Shown here: positions 59,748-64,000 of the stretch, piece by piece
Numbering within the stretch: the stretch's first letter is position 1
Layout of the letters: each line of letters starts with the position of its first letter
Assembly (NCBI GenBank): GCA_029263215.1
Contig: JAJCXY010000056.1
Coordinates: 73,678 to 137,677, forward strand
DNA from: Acidimicrobiales bacterium
GTDB taxonomy: Bacteria; Actinomycetota; Acidimicrobiia; Acidimicrobiales; Aldehydirespiratoraceae
Direction: 5' to 3'
Length of the DNA stretch: 64,000 nt
Position numbers and translations under genes: made by a program
Notes under the pieces: generated by a model
What the model was told of the DNA's origin: nothing
What the model saw: only the letters and a program-made list of their open reading frames with translations
Databases searched by the model: none

Positions 59748-60416
59748 GTGACAACTGATCAAACTGCTTCACGAAGCACCGGCCGCACCCTCGATCTCCT
59801 CGAATTCGTGCTCACCAGGGGTGAAACCAACCTCACCGCCGCGGCCGCCGCCGCTCATCTCACCCCCACGACCGCCCTGCGCCACCTCAAGTCGCTGGAG
59901 GCCCGAGGATTCGTCCATCGCGACGACATCGGCTCCTTCTCGGCCGGCCCCACCTTCCTACGTCTGGCCGCGGCCGCGCTCGAGTCCGGTCCCCGCGCCC
60001 ACCTGATCGCTCTGGCGCGTCCCCACCTGCTCGAGCTCAGCAAGCAGACTGGCGAATCGGCCTATCTGGCAATGAGGGAAGCAGATCACGCGGTGTATCT
60101 CGCCACCGAGGAGAGCACCCGCGCCATCCGCCACACGGGCTGGCTCGGGCGGATGGTTCCCCTCGTCGGCACTGCGGTCGGCGAAGCCCTTCACGGCGAA
60201 GAGGGCGTCAGGGTACGAACCGGCGCCGTCGAGCCCGATATCACCGCGGCCGCCATCAGAATCGACTCCTATGCCGGGGCGGTGGTGGCCATCACGGTGG
60301 TGGGCCCCACGCACAGGATGGGAGAGACCCAACTCACCGAAATCAGCGTGCTGCTCAGCGATGCGGCCCACCAATTGGGTCGCTCACTGGGCGCCGCAGT
60401 AGAGGCAATCCGATGA
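59748..60416 (+). CDS. IclR-family transcriptional regulator (probable hut regulator).
   Basis: N-terminal wHTH (GRTLDLLEFVL...LTAAAAAAHLTPTTALRHLKSLEARGFV) and a C-terminal IclR effector domain. GTG 59748 has GGAG 9 nt upstream. Its stop overlaps the hutH ATG (ATGA). Confidence 0.85.
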   Translation: MTTDQTASRSTGRTLDLLEFVLTRGETNLTAAAAAAHLTPTTALRHLKSLEARGFVHRDDIGSFSAGPTFLRLAAAALESGPRAHLIALARPHLLELSKQTGESAYLAMREADHAVYLATEESTRAIRHTGWLGRMVPLVGTAVGEALHGEEGVRVRTGAVEPDITAAAIRIDSYAGAVVAITVVGPTHRMGETQLTEISVLLSDAAHQLGRSLGAAVEAIR

Positions 60417-61939
60417 CCATAATTCTCGAAGGACCAGGCGTCACGATCGCCGATGTGGTGGCCGTCGCCCGCGAGGACTCGGTGGTGGAACTATCGGCCA
60501 CCGCCCTCGAGCGAATGGTTGCCTCGCGAGCGGTGGTCGACCTGCTCGCCGCCGGCGATCCCGCCTACGGGGTCTCCACCGGATTCGGCGCTCTTGCCGC
60601 GGTGGCCATCCCTCCTGATCGCCGCAGTGTTCTTCAAGCCTCCCTCGTGCGCTCCCACGCGGCGGGGCTCGGGCCACCCGTGGAGAGAGAGGTCGTCAAG
60701 GCGATGATTTTCCTCCGAGCCCGCACCCTCGCCCTCGGCTACAGCGGCACTCGCCCCCACCTGGCCGAGGCGATGATCACCCTCCTCAACGCCGATGTCA
60801 TCCCGATCGTGCCCGAGCATGGTTCACTCGGTGCCAGCGGCGATCTGGCCCCACTCGCTCATGCCGCCCTCGCCTTGCTCGGCGAGGGCACGGTCGTGCA
60901 CAACGGCACCGAAAGGCCCGCGGCCGACGCTCTCGCCGAGGTCGGTCTCGCACCTCTCCAACTTGCCGAGAAGGAGGGCCTGGCCCTCACCAACGGCACC
61001 GACGGAATCCTCGGAATGCTGTGTCTCGCGGCCGACGATGCCCACCGCCTGCTCGTGCAGGCCGATATCACCACCGCGATCACCGTGGAGGCCCTCCTGG
61101 CTACCGACCGAGCCTTCGCCGATGATCTACAAGCACTCCGGCCCCACCCCGGGCAGCGCACGAGCGCTTCCAACATTCGTTCGGTGCTCCACAACTCGCC
61201 GATCATCGCCAGTCACCGCGACGCCGACTCCCGCGTTCAAGATGCATACTCCATCCGGTGCAGTCCCCAGGTGAATGGCGCGGCTCGCGACACCCTCGAT
61301 CATGCCGTGCAGGTGATCGAGTGGGAACTCGCCGCCGCGATCGACAACCCGATGGTGCTGCCCGACGGCCGGGTGGAGTCTTGCGGCAATTTTCATGGCG
61401 CTCCTCTCGGCTTTGTCGCCGACTATCTCGCCATCGCGCTCGCCGAGGTCGGGGCGATTGCCGAACGAAGAATGGACCGCCTTCTCGACCACACCAGATC
61501 ACACGGTCTGAATCCCTTCCTGGCCGACGACCCCGGCGTCGACAGTGGTCTCATGATCGGGCACTACACCGTCGCCGCGATGTGCGCGGAAAATCGACGC
61601 CTCGCGGCTCCGGCCAGCGTCGACTCTCTCCCCACCTCGGGTATGCAGGAAGATCATGTGTCGATGGCGTGGGGCGCGGCGCGCAAGCTTCGCAAGGTGA
61701 TCGACAACGTGAGGCGAATCCTCGCCGTCGAATGGGTGATCGGGGCCCGCGGGGTGGAGATGCGCTCCCCGCTTCAGGCTGCGACGGCTACGGGGGCAGG
61801 CATCGCCCTCCTCCGCACCGAGGTGCCGGGTGTCGGGCCCGATCGACACCTGTCACCCGAGTTGACGGCGGCGGAGCGACTGCTCGACGACGATCGACTG
61901 CTCACCGCGGTTCGCGCCGCGGGCGCGTCGCTCCGCTAG
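60413..61939 (+). CDS. hutH: Histidine ammonia-lyase.
   Basis: MIO-forming triad in GSLGASGDLAPLAH. 508 aa. Confidence 0.97.
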   Translation: MTIILEGPGVTIADVVAVAREDSVVELSATALERMVASRAVVDLLAAGDPAYGVSTGFGALAAVAIPPDRRSVLQASLVRSHAAGLGPPVEREVVKAMIFLRARTLALGYSGTRPHLAEAMITLLNADVIPIVPEHGSLGASGDLAPLAHAALALLGEGTVVHNGTERPAADALAEVGLAPLQLAEKEGLALTNGTDGILGMLCLAADDAHRLLVQADITTAITVEALLATDRAFADDLQALRPHPGQRTSASNIRSVLHNSPIIASHRDADSRVQDAYSIRCSPQVNGAARDTLDHAVQVIEWELAAAIDNPMVLPDGRVESCGNFHGAPLGFVADYLAIALAEVGAIAERRMDRLLDHTRSHGLNPFLADDPGVDSGLMIGHYTVAAMCAENRRLAAPASVDSLPTSGMQEDHVSMAWGAARKLRKVIDNVRRILAVEWVIGARGVEMRSPLQAATATGAGIALLRTEVPGVGPDRHLSPELTAAERLLDDDRLLTAVRAAGASLR

Positions 61940-63111
61940 TGAAGCTGTGAGCGAGTTCGGCCCCCGCCCGACAAGGCCTCATCCACCAACTCCATCGGGT
62001 GCCTCGTCGGCACCCCTGCCGCTGAGAGATGAAGGGCACAACCGGGATTGGCGCTGGCCACCACATCAGGAGTGACACGGTTGATGGAGGTGATCTTTCG
62101 TTCACGAATGTCGCCGGCCAGCTCCGGTTGCAGCACCGAGTAGGCGCCTCCTGCCCCACAACAGAGTCCTTCGTCGTCGAGTTCGACGAGTTGGGACACG
62201 AACGGTTGGAGCACCGTGCGAGTGGCCAGGTGCACTCGCTGGACGTGGCGCAGGTGACACGGATCCTGCACCGCGACTCGGATCGAGAGCGGTGTGACTC
62301 GGGGCAGTTCGTCGATATGGTCGGCCAGCCACTCCTGGATGTCGTAGACCCGTTCGGAGAACGCACGAGCCTCGTCGGTCCCCAGCAGGCGGCCGTAGTC
62401 CTTCATCGTCGCGCCACAACCGGCGGAGTCGACCAGGATCGGTCGGGTACCCGCCAGCACCGTCATCATCTGCTCAGCGAGCTTTCTCGTGACCGGGGTG
62501 AGGCCGGCATGGGCTTGGAGCGCCCCGCAACAAGGCGCAGAATCGCCAGTGGGCGTTACCCCGAACCCTGCCGCCTCCACCACCCGTTGCGCCGCATGAT
62601 GCACATCGCGCTGCCACGCATCCATCACGCACCCGGTGAACAACAAGACGTCGTCTCCCGACGTGCGGTGGGGGCGGCGACGGATCGGAAGGCTCGAGGG
62701 AAGACCGAGGCGGGCCGGAACGAGGTGGAGCCGTTGGGCCACCGCCAGAGCAGAGCTTCCCAACCGAAGGAGACGGGGACGGGTGAGGGGGCGAAACGCG
62801 AGCCTTTGCCACCGGGGGGTGGTGATGTGCTTTTCGGCCAGGGTCTCTCGCGCCTGCTCGATCAGATGACCGTAGGGCACACCGCTGGGACAGGAGGGCT
62901 CGCATCCTCGACACTGGACGCACGTCTCGAGCGCATCCACCACCTCCGCGGTGAGTGGCACCCCGTCGTCTTGCACGTGGCGCATCAAGGAGATGCGACC
63001 CCGGGGCGACATCGTCTCGTCGCCCGACACCCGATAGGTGGGGCAGTGCGGCATGCACAGGCCGCACTGCACGCAGGTGTTGAGGTCGTCGGGCGACAGG
63101 CGGAGGTCCAT
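61936..63111 (-). CDS. glcF: Glycolate-oxidase-type (Fe-S)-binding subunit with CCG domains.
   Basis: Two ferredoxin motifs, CVQCGLCMPHCP and CVQCRGCEPSCP, plus two Cys-rich CCG domains. Its ATG overlaps the glcE TGA by 1 nt. Confidence 0.85.
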   Translation of the reverse strand: MDLRLSPDDLNTCVQCGLCMPHCPTYRVSGDETMSPRGRISLMRHVQDDGVPLTAEVVDALETCVQCRGCEPSCPSGVPYGHLIEQARETLAEKHITTPRWQRLAFRPLTRPRLLRLGSSALAVAQRLHLVPARLGLPSSLPIRRRPHRTSGDDVLLFTGCVMDAWQRDVHHAAQRVVEAAGFGVTPTGDSAPCCGALQAHAGLTPVTRKLAEQMMTVLAGTRPILVDSAGCGATMKDYGRLLGTDEARAFSERVYDIQEWLADHIDELPRVTPLSIRVAVQDPCHLRHVQRVHLATRTVLQPFVSQLVELDDEGLCCGAGGAYSVLQPELAGDIRERKITSINRVTPDVVASANPGCALHLSAAGVPTRHPMELVDEALSGGGRTRSQLH

Positions 63112-64000
63112 CAGCCGCCGACACCCGGCAGGCGGCCGGGGTTGAGTCGCCCACTCGGATCGAACTGCTGCTTGATCCGTCGGCCGAGGGCGGCGACTCC
63201 AGCGGCCAGGTCGACGGTGGCCGCGGCTTCGGTGGAGTGGAGGATTCCCACCCCGATCTCCGCGACGAACGGTCCCGCATCAGGCGAGAGTTCCCGAAGC
63301 TGCGCCGGGGTGAGGGATCGACGGTGTGAAGGGAGCGAGGGTGGACCCTCCACCTCCACGAACGATCCATGTCGATTGAGGCCGGCGACCTCTTCGGCGA
63401 CGTCGGAGCCGTGCCCCTCAAGGTGCACCCAAGTAGACGTACCGTCCCAGAGCACCGCAGACGGGTTCAGCAAGGAGTCGAACACATTCCAGGGATCGAC
63501 GTCGGTACCCTCCAGCCACACCTGAGCGGGTGGTATCGGATTGGTGCGCAACACCACATCACCGAATAGCCCGAGGGTGCCGAGTGAACCCACGAGGAGC
63601 TTCGGGAGGTTGTAGCCACTCACGTTCTTCACCGTGGGTCCTCCGCCGGTGACCAGTCGGCCCTCCGCCGACACGTAGCGGATCTGGAGGGCGGCATCCC
63701 TGATACGGCCTCGGCCCAGCGCGTTGATGCCGTTCTCCCCGACGGCCAACGCGCCGCCGACGGTGCCACCGCGTTCGGGAAGGGCCGAGTGTTGTCGGTG
63801 CTCCGCCAGCTCCCGATGGAAGTCGGATACGGGCGTACCCGCTCGCACGTGGACCGTCATCTCCGCTGGCTGGTAGGCGATGATTCCCCTCGGTGCCTCG
63901 ATGATTCGAGCTCCAGGAGACAGAGGTTCACCCAGCTCCCACCGGGTACGACCTCCTACCACCGCCACAGGCCCCTCGTCGCCGACCTGGGTCGCGAACT
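63111..64000 (-). CDS. glcE: Glycolate oxidase FAD-binding subunit. The N-terminus runs off the window.
   Basis: FAD-binding PCMH-type pattern (GGRTRW...VHVRAGTPV...VGGALAVGENG...KNVSGYNLPKLLVGSLGTLG). The reading frame stays open to position 64000. Confidence 0.8.
   Translation of the reverse strand, partial: FATQVGDEGPVAVVGGRTRWELGEPLSPGARIIEAPRGIIAYQPAEMTVHVRAGTPVSDFHRELAEHRQHSALPERGGTVGGALAVGENGINALGRGRIRDAALQIRYVSAEGRLVTGGGPTVKNVSGYNLPKLLVGSLGTLGLFGDVVLRTNPIPPAQVWLEGTDVDPWNVFDSLLNPSAVLWDGTSTWVHLEGHGSDVAEEVAGLNRHGSFVEVEGPPSLPSHRRSLTPAQLRELSPDAGPFVAEIGVGILHSTEAAATVDLAAGVAALGRRIKQQFDPSGRLNPGRLPGVGG

Overview
This is a 64-kb stretch of high-GC chromosome, about two-thirds G+C by eye. Its gene content looks like Actinomycetota: a conservon, an LCP protein, a DivIVA-domain protein, an F420-type LLM oxidoreductase, MenB and a MenJ-like reductase. 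It is very compact. Many neighbouring genes share 1-4 nt stop/start overlaps, and three convergent pairs share a CTAG stop tetranucleotide. I found no rRNA, tRNA, CRISPR array, transposase, integrase or phage genes. Gene order, left to right:
- a small zinc-ribbon ORF
- a glycosylation / c-di-GMP cluster (FAD oxidoreductase, AGDEF-EAL protein, GT2, GT4)
- a complete cvnABCD conservon
- glutamate synthase gltBD
- an M18 aminopeptidase
- a co-directional hppA - 5-formyl-THF cyclo-ligase - trkA - trkH - trkH block
- a cell-envelope group (PfkB kinase, DivIVA-like protein, M23 peptidase, LCP)
- two divergent units of poorly characterised secreted and membrane proteins, including an HTTM-type membrane protein coupled to a small secreted protein and a kinase
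- menB, a pseudouridine synthase and ung
- a gamma-glutamylation-type amine catabolic module (Fe-ADH, GlnA-like, ALDH)
- an MDR reductase, a Nudix-like protein and a geranylgeranyl-reductase-family protein
- the ald/Lrp pair
- a YbaK-like deacylase
- a signal-less molybdopterin oxidoreductase with a fused FeS-NrfD subunit
- DMT and MFS transporters, an LLM oxidoreductase and an HDAC-family hydrolase
- a histidine-utilisation regulon (hutU-def-hutF-hutI-hisC-like, divergent from IclR-hutH)
- glcF and glcE
The observations I rate highest:
1. A catalytically intact peptide-deformylase homologue is translationally coupled inside the hut operon, and no HutG is visible in the window.
2. A cytoplasm-facing complex iron-sulfur molybdoenzyme whose catalytic gene shows an abrupt internal flip in synonymous codon usage.
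3. An SdpA/SdpB-like (HTTM) pair with no visible cargo gene.
All functional calls rest on motif recognition by eye. No database search was run.
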